Positions 35,683 to 45,484 of a stretch of DNA of 64,000 bases are shown in pieces (position 1 is the first letter of the stretch; every line of letters begins with the position of its first letter). This stretch comes from Blastocatellia bacterium (GTDB taxonomy: Bacteria; Acidobacteriota; Blastocatellia; RBC074): the NCBI GenBank assembly GCA_035429885.1, contig DAOMFR010000019.1:67-64066 (forward strand), read 5' to 3'. Below the pieces are notes generated by a model, which was not told the DNA's origin, did not search any database, and saw only the letters and a list, made by a program, of their open reading frames with translations. The translations under genes were made by a program, and so were the position numbers.

Positions 35683-38600
35683 TTATCGAATCACATTCGC
35701 GTGTGTGCCAACGATGCTGCGAGCGATGGGGAAATCGCCGAGTTCGGCTTGAAGCGGCTGTTTATTTCGGTGGCGAGGCGCGAATTGCACAACAATGACT
35801 TCGGCTTCGCCGGGGCGCAGGCTGTGTCCGCCGGGCAAGGCCAGCATGACTCCCAAGCGGCCTTGCGCTGTTTCGTTCTGGTTGAGAATGAGTGTTGCCT
35901 GCCGAGCCTGGCGTCCGGTTCTTGCGGAAACAAAACGCCATTTGTTCGCATCAAAATTCAAACTAAAACTCAGCGCGTTTTCGGTTCCGTGAGCGTTCAG
36001 CCGGATGGAGATCGCGCCAGGAAGGGGTTTTACCGTCAACGGTTCATTTGTTTCGACGGTTTGCTGACGGCTGGCTTTCAATCCGCAATTTGCAACCCCC
36101 AATCCGCAATCGCCAGAAAGCCCTGCGACAGCAACGCTCGGTCCGCCCGCCACAGTCGCGGCTTCCAGTCCTGCAACGTAACGTCCGGTTTGCACCCAAT
36201 CAGCCAGTGTCAGGCGTCCATCGCCAAGGGTGTCGCGGGGAGCGCAGTCGGCGCGCTGAAATTCACTGCTATTGGCTGGGGAATCCAACCCGGCGACGAA
36301 TCGCCCTACTTGCACCCAGTCGGTGATTGTCACTGAGCCGTTGTTGTTTCCAAAAACACGGGGCGCAACATCGGCTTCATAACCTTGCCCAAGTCGCACA
36401 CTGCCGGAAACAAATTGTGCCGTGATTGGGGAACCGCTACCGGAAACCGCGCGAGGAATTGGCAAATCGCCAAAGTTGATTGTGGCCGTCGTGGCCGAAG
36501 CCGACGGAACAATATTGAATGTGATAACGGCGATTTGCCTTAAACCGGCCTCGTACTTCTTTCCGGAAGGTTGCGTGATCGTGAGTCCAAAAACACCTTG
36601 AGCAACACGTGTGGCGTCAGCGAAAAAATCTGCTCCAATGGAATCCACGCCGATGGAAGTTCGCGGGTCGGCAAGCAGTTTCGGATCAAAACTCAGGCTG
36701 AAATTGATGGCGGTCTCGTCGCCTTTGGAATCCAGCGTGATGGGCACGTTGACCGTTTGTCCGATAGAACCGGCGGAACTGACGACACTGATTGCGCGCG
36801 CGGCGACATTGACGGTCATGGAAGCGCTGGCTCCACCGATGTTGGCGGGTAAAGTCGCCGTAACTGTCGCAGGGCCGCCGACCGCCACACCGCTCAAGTG
36901 GAATGTCGCAGCTGCTGTTCCAGCTGGAATCACGACACTCGATGGAATCGTCAGCACAGATGTATTGGTGGACGATAGCGATACTGTCACGCTATTGGAT
37001 TGCGGGTAACTAAGCGTCACCGTTACGGGGCTTAGTGCTCCGACAGTTGCTGTCAAAGGAGACGGCGACAGCGAAATTCCCGGGAAGGACGTGAAGTTGA
37101 GTGTTTGTGCGTCCACGCAACCGGGTTTGCTCAGAATAATTGGAGCCGTGCGCGCTCCGGCAGGAACTGTGGTCGTGATGGACGTGTTGCTGTTGATCGT
37201 GAAGGAAGCAGGCACGTCGCCGAATTTGACGGCGGTCACCCCCGTGAAGCCGGAGCCTGTGATGGTGACTTGATTGCCCACGGAGCCGCTGCTTGCGCTT
37301 AGGCTGGTGACATTCAGGCAACTGGTCTGGCAGCAGGTGAACCCTGTCAGTTGCAAGGAAAACGCGCGCACGCTGCCGCTGTCTCCCGTAAAGGCGTCCA
37401 CTACAGTGAGTGTCCAGGTGCCGTTCGGGTTTTCTCCGTCGAAGGTGGACAGCGCGTTCGATGGTTTTAGAGTGCCGGTGTAAGGAGGCCCTTGCGGAGG
37501 CGGGCCGTTGGAGGCAATCGAGCCGATAGAAATTGCATTTGCTGCGTCATCATCCAGCAACATTTGGCAGAAGTTTTTGCCGCTGTTGCCGCTGCCGCCG
37601 GGGCGACTGATGATCGTCACGGTTGTTCCTGCGGGCGATGTCAGCCGAAACACCAAATCCCCAACCCAGGTGTGATCCACGCCGACGCCTGTGGCTCCGG
37701 GGCTGGACGAACACTGTGTGCCGTCAATGCGGAAGTTCAAGTCGGCGATGGTGCTGGGAAATCCGCTGACGACGATCGGTAAACTGACGCCGCGAGAATC
37801 TCCGTCGGGGATTTTTGTCGCTTCGCCCGCATAACTGAAGGTTTGCGTTGTCGTGCCGATTGCGCCGAGCGTGAAGTTGAATGTCACGATGCCCAAGTCC
37901 TGATCGCCATCTTTCAAACTCAGATTGATTGGCAAGTTTCCGCCGCAGGCTCCGCTGGCTGTGAATGTGAATTGACGCGCGACGGCTGCTGAACCGGGAG
38001 CCATTGCGCCGTAGCTTCTGGTTTGGTCGGCGGTGATGACGTTGCTGGAAGAGAGCAGTGTCGCCGTCAAATTCTGTGTGGTAGTGGAACCGTTGTTGCC
38101 CAGCAAAAGACTGACCGTTACGGTTTCGCCCGGATCAATGACTTTGTTCGCAGGCAAGCAGCTTTCGGTCACCAGCGAAGACGTGGCGCCAATAATCAGT
38201 TTGGCTGGACGCACCAGCCGCGCGCGAATGCCATAATTGCCAAACGATCCCAGTGAATCAATCAACTCGAAGGTTAAGCCGTCCAGCGAACGATAGGAAC
38301 GCGTTTTGGATTTCGTCGTGTCCAGCGCAAAAGGAAATACGTTTTCTGTCTGGGTCAGTTTTAGGCCCACGACGAAATCTCCGGACGTCACCGTGAGTGG
38401 AGAAATGTTGACCACATTGAACGCGCCGACCTGTTGCACTTGTGCCGCTGTCGTCTGAAACACGAGCCCGTCAATATTCGAATCGCCGTCAGCGTTTGAC
38501 GCGACAATCACCGAATACTGATCGCCTACGCGCACGCTGGTGTTATCCGGGAAGTAAATCGAAACGGCGTTGATCGTGGCCGGGTAAAACGCCGGAGTCA

Positions 38601-41412
38601 GCCGGTTGACGCGGTACGAAGTGCCGCCGGTTGTGACTCCTGCGGCGGTTTCAAAGCTTCCATCGTCAACAGACAGTTCAAAAGGCGCGGCGTCTTGCGT
38701 CACGGTGAAGGCTTGTCCGCCGACAGTGATGGTTCCGGTGCGTTGAATCGGTTGTGTGTTGTTGGCGACTGTGAAGTTGACGGTGCCGTTTCCCTGGCTA
38801 CCACTTGTGAATAGGACGCTGATAAATGAATCGCTGACTGTTGGTGTCCAAGCGCATTCCGAAGCCGAAGCCACCGCGAAGTTGCCTGAGCCTCCGTTGG
38901 CAGGGAAGTTTTTTGTCGCCGGAGTCAGCGTGTAAGAGCATCCGTTTCCCGCGCTTTGCGAAATGGTGACCAGTTGTCCGGCGACAGTGATTGTTCCGGT
39001 GCGCGCCAGGCCCGAAGTCGGCGCAACTGTAAAGCTGACGGTTCCGGTTCCGCTGGCGACTGCGCCGGAGTTAATGGTGATGAAGCTGGAGCCACTAATT
39101 GCTGTCCATCCGCAAGCAGCAGTTGTTTCCACGCTGATGGTTCCGACTCCGCCAGAAGCCGTGAAGCTGGAATTGTTCGCCGTCACGGTATAAGCGCAAT
39201 TGCCAACGGTCAGAATGTTGGCGCCGGTAGCCGTTTGGCCGTCAGGGTTTGTGACAGTGACGGTTTTGGTTCCGGCAGCGGCGTTGACCGTCGAAAGGTT
39301 CAACTGAATCGTTGTCGGATTGACGTAACTGACATTGTTGACGGTGACTCCGCCGCTGACGGATGCCCGCAGGCGGCAACTGTAGGAGTCTCCGGGGTCG
39401 AAAAATCCTGCTCCGTCAGCCGAGGTTAAACCAGTGAGCGTGACGTTGATCGAGCTCAAGCCTGTCGCGATCGAAGGCGGATTCGTTGCAGCAGGCGTGG
39501 CTGGCGGAGGTGCCGGAATTTTGGCTACGCGTAACCCATAGGAGTTGGCGGCGTCCGCGAATTGCTGCACGGTCCACAACGTCATGTCGTCGCAAGGGTC
39601 AACACTGGTGAACGAATAATCTCCCCAGCGGCGGCGAGCGGCCAGATTTCCGCTATCGCTGGACGGGTTGTACGGCGCAGGGCTGGCTGTGATCAACGAC
39701 GGAGCTTGCAGTGCGCCCAGCGGATCGGTTGCCAGCCGATAGGCAATCGCGGCATTCACATATTCATTCGTTCCGGCGGTGCTGCTTCCAATCAAAGCGT
39801 TTCCCTGACCGGAAACGGCCAGCGACGGAATGAAGTAATTTCGTTCGTCTTCGATGTTGGTTGTCGTGGAGGTGAATAACGTTCCGGCTTGGCGAAGCGT
39901 CGGCGCGTTAGTGGCAATGTCCGTGATTTCGTACCAGCGAACTCCATTGCGTGTGCGCGGAGCATCAATTGTGCCTTCGTTATTGACGGAAATGTTGTGC
40001 GTGGTCCAGATGCTGCCGCCGCGAAGTTGGGCCATTGCCAAACGATCATCAATCGCATCCAGCCTACCGTTCACTCCATTAATGTTGCCGCGATGGCGAA
40101 CCGTAATCGGTTGAGACGTGGTCAGCACATTCAGGTAAATGTTGGCCGACATCACCGGAACGCCACCTGGATTCGACACTCTGCGCAAAACCAATCGACC
40201 CAGACTGCCCGCATCCGTGCCAAGAAAATAACCTTCGGTGGAACTGGCGGCAGGATTGTCCACGCCCTGGGGCGTGAAGATGCCGTTTTTCAATGATGTA
40301 CCGGTCGAATCAATCAAGTTGCGAAAGGCTGAGGCAACAATCTGGCCGCCGCTCAGGATCGAAGATTTGCGAATGACCAACGCCGTCGTATTGCTGAACG
40401 CCCGATTGCAAAATTGATTCAATCCTACATACAGCGCGTTGGCGTCAATTCCCAGCGTCGGGAAGTCTGCAAAACATCCGTTGTCGCCCGCCGGAGACAC
40501 TTCGTTATGCGCGAACTGATAAAACGTCCAGCTCGTCGCCGTGTTGATCGTTGATCCGTCGCTGACCGCCAGCAGAATCCGATTGTTCGATGAAGCCGTG
40601 TTGACCAGCAGAATGAACCAACGTCCGGAGAGCCTGTCGTAGCGAACACGCGGGTCCGTTGTGATGAATCCTGCGCGAACGGAGTTGAAGAAGGAATCAA
40701 TGTCGGCATCCAGTTGTCCAACTGCGCCTGTGCTTTTGTTGAAGACTCGTATGCGGCCATTCACCGCCAGCAAAAATTGGGTCGGTCCGGCGGCTCCCAT
40801 CGAATCCGGCGGAAAGGCGCTGGTTTCCGCCAGGGTCGCTGCCGTGAAGTTGAGCGTTGGCAAAGGAGCGAAAGAGGGAAGTAGAGACGGAGAGACGGAG
40901 AGATTGGGTGACTGTTGCCCCAGGCGTTTGGTCTCTCTGCCCCATAATTCCTCAATCCCTCCGCCCCTCTGTCCCTCTGTTCCAGCAGGCGGCCATTGCG
41001 CACCCGGCAGGGCATCCGGGTTTTGCGGCAACTTGTCGCGATTGGGTTGTTCGAGCTCTTCTTCACGGTTGCGCTTGGCACGGCGTGGAGCCTTGGTCTC
41101 ACCGGAACGAAGCGATTGTTCGCGCGTCATGATCTCCGCCGTGGTTTCGGTGATGCCTGCTTCGCCAACCCACAACACGCCGGTGATTGATCCATCCGGG
41201 TTGATTTGTTGTTGTTGAGAATGAATGTGGCGAGCAGGCGGCGTTTTAATTTTGGATTTTGGCTTGGCTGATGAATTCGACCGCTCTGCACGACGTTGCG
41301 CCAGCCCGGCATTCAGCCATTGGCCCAACACCAAAGCCACTGTAACGAAAATCATCAACGATAAGAAGCGACGGAAAGATTTGAAGACGAATGCAAATCT
41401 CGAAACGGGCAT
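35683..41412 (-). CDS. Giant secreted/cell-surface protein (1909 aa): BACON-like, proprotein-convertase P-domain, IPT/TIG, cohesin-like and dockerin-like modules
   Basis: AGGAG SD and an N-terminal signal-anchor. Two Cys-bracketed beta domains (CAYTVT...CGWTA..., CSYTLTP...CAWTP...RTGTITVGGQAFTVTQ). P-domain signature (DHTWVGDLVFRLTSPAGT...NGTWTLTVVDAFTGDSG). IPT-like segments. The C-terminal module is paralogous to that of the 555-aa PA14 protein. Confidence 0.8.
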   Translation of the reverse strand: MPVSRFAFVFKSFRRFLSLMIFVTVALVLGQWLNAGLAQRRAERSNSSAKPKSKIKTPPARHIHSQQQQINPDGSITGVLWVGEAGITETTAEIMTREQSLRSGETKAPRRAKRNREEELEQPNRDKLPQNPDALPGAQWPPAGTEGQRGGGIEELWGRETKRLGQQSPNLSVSPSLLPSFAPLPTLNFTAATLAETSAFPPDSMGAAGPTQFLLAVNGRIRVFNKSTGAVGQLDADIDSFFNSVRAGFITTDPRVRYDRLSGRWFILLVNTASSNNRILLAVSDGSTINTATSWTFYQFAHNEVSPAGDNGCFADFPTLGIDANALYVGLNQFCNRAFSNTTALVIRKSSILSGGQIVASAFRNLIDSTGTSLKNGIFTPQGVDNPAASSTEGYFLGTDAGSLGRLVLRRVSNPGGVPVMSANIYLNVLTTSQPITVRHRGNINGVNGRLDAIDDRLAMAQLRGGSIWTTHNISVNNEGTIDAPRTRNGVRWYEITDIATNAPTLRQAGTLFTSTTTNIEDERNYFIPSLAVSGQGNALIGSSTAGTNEYVNAAIAYRLATDPLGALQAPSLITASPAPYNPSSDSGNLAARRRWGDYSFTSVDPCDDMTLWTVQQFADAANSYGLRVAKIPAPPPATPAATNPPSIATGLSSINVTLTGLTSADGAGFFDPGDSYSCRLRASVSGGVTVNNVSYVNPTTIQLNLSTVNAAAGTKTVTVTNPDGQTATGANILTVGNCAYTVTANNSSFTASGGVGTISVETTAACGWTAISGSSFITINSGAVASGTGTVSFTVAPTSGLARTGTITVAGQLVTISQSAGNGCSYTLTPATKNFPANGGSGNFAVASASECAWTPTVSDSFISVLFTSGSQGNGTVNFTVANNTQPIQRTGTITVGGQAFTVTQDAAPFELSVDDGSFETAAGVTTGGTSYRVNRLTPAFYPATINAVSIYFPDNTSVRVGDQYSVIVASNADGDSNIDGLVFQTTAAQVQQVGAFNVVNISPLTVTSGDFVVGLKLTQTENVFPFALDTTKSKTRSYRSLDGLTFELIDSLGSFGNYGIRARLVRPAKLIIGATSSLVTESCLPANKVIDPGETVTVSLLLGNNGSTTTQNLTATLLSSSNVITADQTRSYGAMAPGSAAVARQFTFTASGACGGNLPINLSLKDGDQDLGIVTFNFTLGAIGTTTQTFSYAGEATKIPDGDSRGVSLPIVVSGFPSTIADLNFRIDGTQCSSSPGATGVGVDHTWVGDLVFRLTSPAGTTVTIISRPGGSGNSGKNFCQMLLDDDAANAISIGSIASNGPPPQGPPYTGTLKPSNALSTFDGENPNGTWTLTVVDAFTGDSGSVRAFSLQLTGFTCCQTSCLNVTSLSASSGSVGNQVTITGSGFTGVTAVKFGDVPASFTINSNTSITTTVPAGARTAPIILSKPGCVDAQTLNFTSFPGISLSPSPLTATVGALSPVTVTLSYPQSNSVTVSLSSTNTSVLTIPSSVVIPAGTAAATFHLSGVAVGGPATVTATLPANIGGASASMTVNVAARAISVVSSAGSIGQTVNVPITLDSKGDETAINFSLSFDPKLLADPRTSIGVDSIGADFFADATRVAQGVFGLTITQPSGKKYEAGLRQIAVITFNIVPSASATTATINFGDLPIPRAVSGSGSPITAQFVSGSVRLGQGYEADVAPRVFGNNNGSVTITDWVQVGRFVAGLDSPANSSEFQRADCAPRDTLGDGRLTLADWVQTGRYVAGLEAATVAGGPSVAVAGLSGDCGLGVANCGLKASRQQTVETNEPLTVKPLPGAISIRLNAHGTENALSFSLNFDANKWRFVSARTGRQARQATLILNQNETAQGRLGVMLALPGGHSLRPGEAEVIVVQFAPRHRNKQPLQAELGDFPIARSIVGTHANVIR
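36079..36113. repeat. In-frame short repeat (two copies of CAATCCGCAAT) inside the 1909-aa gene
   Basis: caatccgcaatttgcaacccccaatccgcaatcgc is translated on the minus strand as GDCGLGVANCGL. It sits at the same linker position as the repeat in the PA14 gene. Confidence 0.75.
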
Positions 41413-41723
41413 GCCTACTCCTGAAACGCACCTTCCCTGGCCAAAAAGTGGCTAGGCGTCACTGCCAGACAACAGCGACAAATGATTCCTAACGGATGAT
41501 GACGGAACTGCGAAGTATGACGAGGCCGATTCCTAAGCCAAACAAGTGAGGACAACGCAGGGGATAACCAACTGGCTTAATCGGTGTTGATCAGAATCAG
41601 TTCTGTCAAAACGCCTCTTCGTACAATACCGAAATTGAAGATTCCAGTAACTCACTGGGCGCAGAACTTAAACGTCGAAGTTAGGGCTGTCAAGAAGGTA
41701 TTTTAGTGCGAGCACACTCAGGT

Positions 41724-42137
41724 TCAGGCGGGCATGGAAACGGCTCCGATCTGCACCATCGCGCCGAGAAAATCGGTCTGACTCCAGCGCTCGACGCATT
41801 TGCCATTGGCGAACCTGAGAATTGTGATGCCCGGCAACGACACGGGCTTTCTGGTCGCGGGAACGCCCAGGAAGTTTCCGCCATGCGTGGCGTTGACGAC
41901 AAAGCGGCACGTCAATTTGTCGTCAGCTTCGATCAAATCTTCAACGACGATTTTCGCGTCAGGGAAGGCGGTCCAGAATTGAGCGTAAAATCGTTTGATG
42001 TTTTCCAGGCCGGGGCCGACTCCGGCGTAACCGCGCAACACCGCGTTGTCGTCGTACAGATCGAAATACTTTTCGCGGGTTTCCAATCTGCCGAAATTTT
42101 CAATCGCCTGCAGTAAAGCCAGTTTGTTGTCTGTCAT
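41724..42137 (-). CDS. SnoaL-like ester cyclase family protein
   Basis: I prefer the ATG at 42137 (AGGAG 8 nt upstream). The sequence is typical of predicted ester cyclases (FDLYDDNAVL...FPDAKIVVEDLIAEGDK-like, GKCVERW). Confidence 0.75.
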   Translation of the reverse strand: MTDNKLALLQAIENFGRLETREKYFDLYDDNAVLRGYAGVGPGLENIKRFYAQFWTAFPDAKIVVEDLIEADDKLTCRFVVNATHGGNFLGVPATRKPVSLPGITILRFANGKCVERWSQTDFLGAMVQIGAVSMPA

Positions 42138-42169
42138 ACGAGAGTCTCCTTGTGATGTATAGTGATGAA

Positions 42170-42201
42170 CGAATTCGGCAGGTATTACGACTGAATTCGG
42201 C
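42170..42201. promoter_or_regulatory. Direct repeat GAATTCGGCA x2 in a divergent promoter region
   Basis: Copies at 42170-42179 and 42192-42201 start 22 bp apart. They lie between the ester cyclase and IscU-like genes. Candidate operator, with no known consensus assigned. Confidence 0.25.
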
Positions 42202-42237
42202 AATCGGTTTTCTGAGTAGAGGAGAAAAGACTGGGAA

Positions 42238-42615
42238 ATGTACAGCGCCAAAGTTCTGCATCATCTGGAAAACCCACATAACGTCGGCGAATTGGCCGAC
42301 GCGACGGTTACCGGACAGGCGACCAATCCGGTGTGCGGAGATTTGCTGAATCTGCAACTCAAAATTGCCGACGGAGCCATCGTTGCCGCCAAGTTCACTG
42401 TGCAAGGCTGCCCGCCAAGCATTGCCGCCGGTTCCGCGTTAACCGAAATGTTGACTGGCTTGGCGGTTGCGGAAGCGCGCAAGCTGGTTCCATCGGATGT
42501 CACGCGTTCGCTGGAAAGTTTGCCGCGAAACAAAGAGCACTGCTCCGTGCTGGCAATTGACGCGCTTCGATCTGCTCTGGCGACACTCGCCGAACCATCG
42601 AGCAACATGGTATAA
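42238..42615 (+). CDS. IscU/NifU N-terminal domain Fe-S cluster scaffold-like protein
   Basis: Three conserved Cys contexts (NPVCGD, VQGCPPS, KEHCSVL) and the family-typical N-terminus (HHLENPHNVG). Confidence 0.8.
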   Translation: MYSAKVLHHLENPHNVGELADATVTGQATNPVCGDLLNLQLKIADGAIVAAKFTVQGCPPSIAAGSALTEMLTGLAVAEARKLVPSDVTRSLESLPRNKEHCSVLAIDALRSALATLAEPSSNMV

Positions 42616-42659
42616 CCGGCCTTCCGCTGCGGAAGACTTCAACCCAAAAACAAAACGAT

Positions 42660-44015
42660 ATGCCAATTGCAACTCCAGTAACTCCGGAGGCCGAGCCGCT
42701 GCATCGGGTCTCCGCTGATCAAATACTGCACCGTCTGCGCGAAATGTTCGGCGAAGATCGCGCTCGCGTTGTCACTGGCGACAACTTCAAAGTCGTTGAA
42801 GAAACGGAACGCGTCGTCGCTTTTCCGCACACCCTGGAAGAACTGACGGAAATCCTGAAGCTGGCAGAACGCGAACGCTGGCGAGTGATTCCGGCTGGCG
42901 CGGGAACCTGGCTGACCGTGGGAAATCGTCCCGTACAGTTTCAGCTTGTCGTTTCGACGGAGAAGATGAATCGCGTGCTGGAATACGAACCCGCCGATCT
43001 GACTGCGACGGTTCAGGCTGGCTGTTCGCTGGCAGAGTTCAACCGGCAAGCTGCCCAGCATCGGCAATTCATTCCGCTGGATCCGTTCGGTGATGCGAAC
43101 TCCACGCTCGGAGGAATCATCGCAACGGCCAGCAGCGGGCCAATGCGTTGCGGATATGGAACTCCCCGTGATTGGCTCATCGGCATTCGCGTCGTTCATC
43201 CGAACGGAGGCGTGACCAAAGCTGGCGGCAAAGTTGTTAAAAACGTGGCTGGTTACGATTTGTGCAAGTTGTACACTGGCAGCTTCGGTTCGCTGGCCGT
43301 CTTTGCCGAGATGAGTTTCAAGCTGCGCGCCTTGCCGTCTGCGGAAAAAACGCTGGTGTTTTACGCTGCGGATGCCGAAAGTCTGTGCTGGCTGGCGCTG
43401 CGGATCAGCGATTCCGATGTGCAGCCTGCGGCGATGGAATTGATTTCTCCGTCTGCCGATCTAAGTTTGCCGCTTGACGCTCGACGCTTTGCCCTGGTGC
43501 TTCGGTTTCTGAACGAAACCGAAACCGTGGAATTTCAATTGAACGAAGCCGCTCGTATCGGTCACGATTTCGAACGAACGGTGATGAGCGATGCTGACGC
43601 GGAAGCGTTTTGGACGGCTTACCACGAAACAGAAACTGATGACCTGTGGGCATACAATCTGCGGTTGAGCGCGTTGCCAGCCGATTTGAACGATGTGGTG
43701 AAAGATGTCGGCCAGTTTTTGCCCCAGTCAGTCTGGCGCGCGCACGCAGGCAATGGCGTGTTGCGCGTGCTGGCCAAAGAAGATTTGTTTGAAGGATTGC
43801 AAACCAAACGCCGCCCGAAATTCATTTCCGAACTTCGACAATTAACCCAGGCGCGCGGCGGTCAATTGGTGATGCTCAACGCGCCGCAAATGCTCAAGGA
43901 TCAACTGGACACCTGGGGCGAAGTCGGCTCGATTTCCAGATTGATGCGCGAATTAAAAAACCGGTTTGATCCTGACGCGCAACTCAGTCCGGGAAGATTT
44001 ATCGGGGGCATTTGA
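42660..44015 (+). CDS. glcE: FAD-binding PCMH-type oxidoreductase, GlcE-like
   Basis: FAD-binding domain motifs (VIPAGAGTW, STLGGIIATASSGP, VKNVAGYDL). A GlcF-like gene lies in the same cluster. Confidence 0.7.
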   Translation: MPIATPVTPEAEPLHRVSADQILHRLREMFGEDRARVVTGDNFKVVEETERVVAFPHTLEELTEILKLAERERWRVIPAGAGTWLTVGNRPVQFQLVVSTEKMNRVLEYEPADLTATVQAGCSLAEFNRQAAQHRQFIPLDPFGDANSTLGGIIATASSGPMRCGYGTPRDWLIGIRVVHPNGGVTKAGGKVVKNVAGYDLCKLYTGSFGSLAVFAEMSFKLRALPSAEKTLVFYAADAESLCWLALRISDSDVQPAAMELISPSADLSLPLDARRFALVLRFLNETETVEFQLNEAARIGHDFERTVMSDADAEAFWTAYHETETDDLWAYNLRLSALPADLNDVVKDVGQFLPQSVWRAHAGNGVLRVLAKEDLFEGLQTKRRPKFISELRQLTQARGGQLVMLNAPQMLKDQLDTWGEVGSISRLMRELKNRFDPDAQLSPGRFIGGI

Positions 44016-44055
44016 TTCATTTTTTGAGCATTCGCGACAGAAGAGTAGATAACCA

Positions 44056-45240
44056 ATGATTGCTTCCGCCAACCACGACGTTTCACTGGTGTTCATCGAG
44101 TTGGGAGCAGCGGTAATCGGCTTGGCGATGTTGGCGCGTCTGGCCAGTCGCTGGGGATTTTCGGCAATTCCGCTGTATTTGATTGCCGGTTTGGCATTCG
44201 GCAATGGCGGCATTGCGCCTTTGAATTTCAGTGAAAACTTCATCGGTTTTGCCGGAGAAGTCGGCGTTCTGTTGTTGCTGTTTATGCTCGGCCTGGAATA
44301 CACGGGCGAAGAGTTGATGGCCAACTTGCGCGTCGGGCTTCCGGCTGGCTTGATGGATTTCGCGCTGAACTTCACGCCGGGATTGTTGGCGGGATTATTG
44401 CTTGGGTGGCAGCCGCTGGCGGCGTTGTTGTTGGGCGGTGTTACGTATATTTCCTCTTCCGGCGTGATTGCCAAAGTGTTGGGAGAGTTGGGTTGGTTGA
44501 ACAATTCGGAAACGCCGACGGTTCTTTCGATTTTGGTGATTGAAGATTTGGCGATGGCGGTTTATCTGCCTTTGATTGCCGTCTTGTTGATCGGGCAAAG
44601 CTTTGTTACCGGATTGATTTCGATATTGATCGCACTTGCCACCGTTGGAGTGGTGTTGTTTTTGGCTGTGCGATATGGCGATTCAATCAGCCGGGTTGCG
44701 GCGCACGAATCAAACGAGATCATCTTGCTAACGACATTTGGCGCAGTGTTGTTGGTCGCTGGCATCGCGCAACGCTTACAGGTTTCGTCAGCAGTGGGCG
44801 CGTTTTTGGTTGGAATTGCGCTATCTGGGCCTTTGGCAAAACGAGCACATCACCTGGTTGGCCCGTTGCGAGATTTGTTTGCCGCCCAGTTCTTTTTCTT
44901 TTTTGGATTGCAGATTAACCCGGCGACGTTACCGCCTGTTTTGCTGCTCGCGTTGAGCCTGGGGATCGTCACTGCGTTGACGAAAATTCTGACCGGTTGG
45001 TGGGCAGCTCGTCGAGCCGGAATCGAACGAAAAGGTCAATGGCGTGCTGGCGCTGCCTTGGTCGCTCGCGGCGAATTTTCTATCGTCATTGCCGGGCTCG
45101 GAGTTCACGCAGGATTGGAACCTCGCTTGAGTTCGTTGTCGGCGGCTTACGTTTTGTTTCTGGCTGTGTTGGGGCCGATTTTGGCACGAACCATTGAACC
45201 GTTGTTGGATGTTGTCACTCGCAAAAAAGCGAGTAACTGA
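44056..45240 (+). CDS. Cation:proton antiporter (CPA2/KefB-like membrane domain)
   Basis: 394 aa and polytopic. Typical Na+/H+ exchanger family helices (FLLFMLGLEY, EDLAMAVYL, GEFSIVIAG). Confidence 0.8.
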   Translation: MIASANHDVSLVFIELGAAVIGLAMLARLASRWGFSAIPLYLIAGLAFGNGGIAPLNFSENFIGFAGEVGVLLLLFMLGLEYTGEELMANLRVGLPAGLMDFALNFTPGLLAGLLLGWQPLAALLLGGVTYISSSGVIAKVLGELGWLNNSETPTVLSILVIEDLAMAVYLPLIAVLLIGQSFVTGLISILIALATVGVVLFLAVRYGDSISRVAAHESNEIILLTTFGAVLLVAGIAQRLQVSSAVGAFLVGIALSGPLAKRAHHLVGPLRDLFAAQFFFFFGLQINPATLPPVLLLALSLGIVTALTKILTGWWAARRAGIERKGQWRAGAALVARGEFSIVIAGLGVHAGLEPRLSSLSAAYVLFLAVLGPILARTIEPLLDVVTRKKASN

Positions 45241-45283
45241 GATGTTTATCTACTTCCAGCATCGCCTGGATTAGGGAGAAGTT

Positions 45284-45457
45284 ATGCCGAATCCATTTTG
45301 GGTTTCCGCCACCGCGGCGACGGTCAAAACGTTATCCAAGAAATGCCCGCATTGCGGTAAGCGCGCTTCGTATCCGCGCAAAGAACAAGGGCAGTTTTAC
45401 ACCTGCAAGTACTGTGGTCACCGATTCAAGGAGTATGATTCGTCGGGAAAAAAATGA
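45284..45457 (+). CDS. Small zinc-ribbon protein (57 aa), absent from the ORF track
   Basis: ATG at 45284 preceded by GGGAGA, TGA at 45455-45457. Two CxxC pairs (CPHCG, CKYCG) lie 16 residues apart. It ends 27 nt upstream of the glcF-like gene. Confidence 0.55.
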   Translation: MPNPFWVSATAATVKTLSKKCPHCGKRASYPRKEQGQFYTCKYCGHRFKEYDSSGKK

Positions 45458-45484
45458 TTCCGGCCAAGCATCCATTCAAATTTT

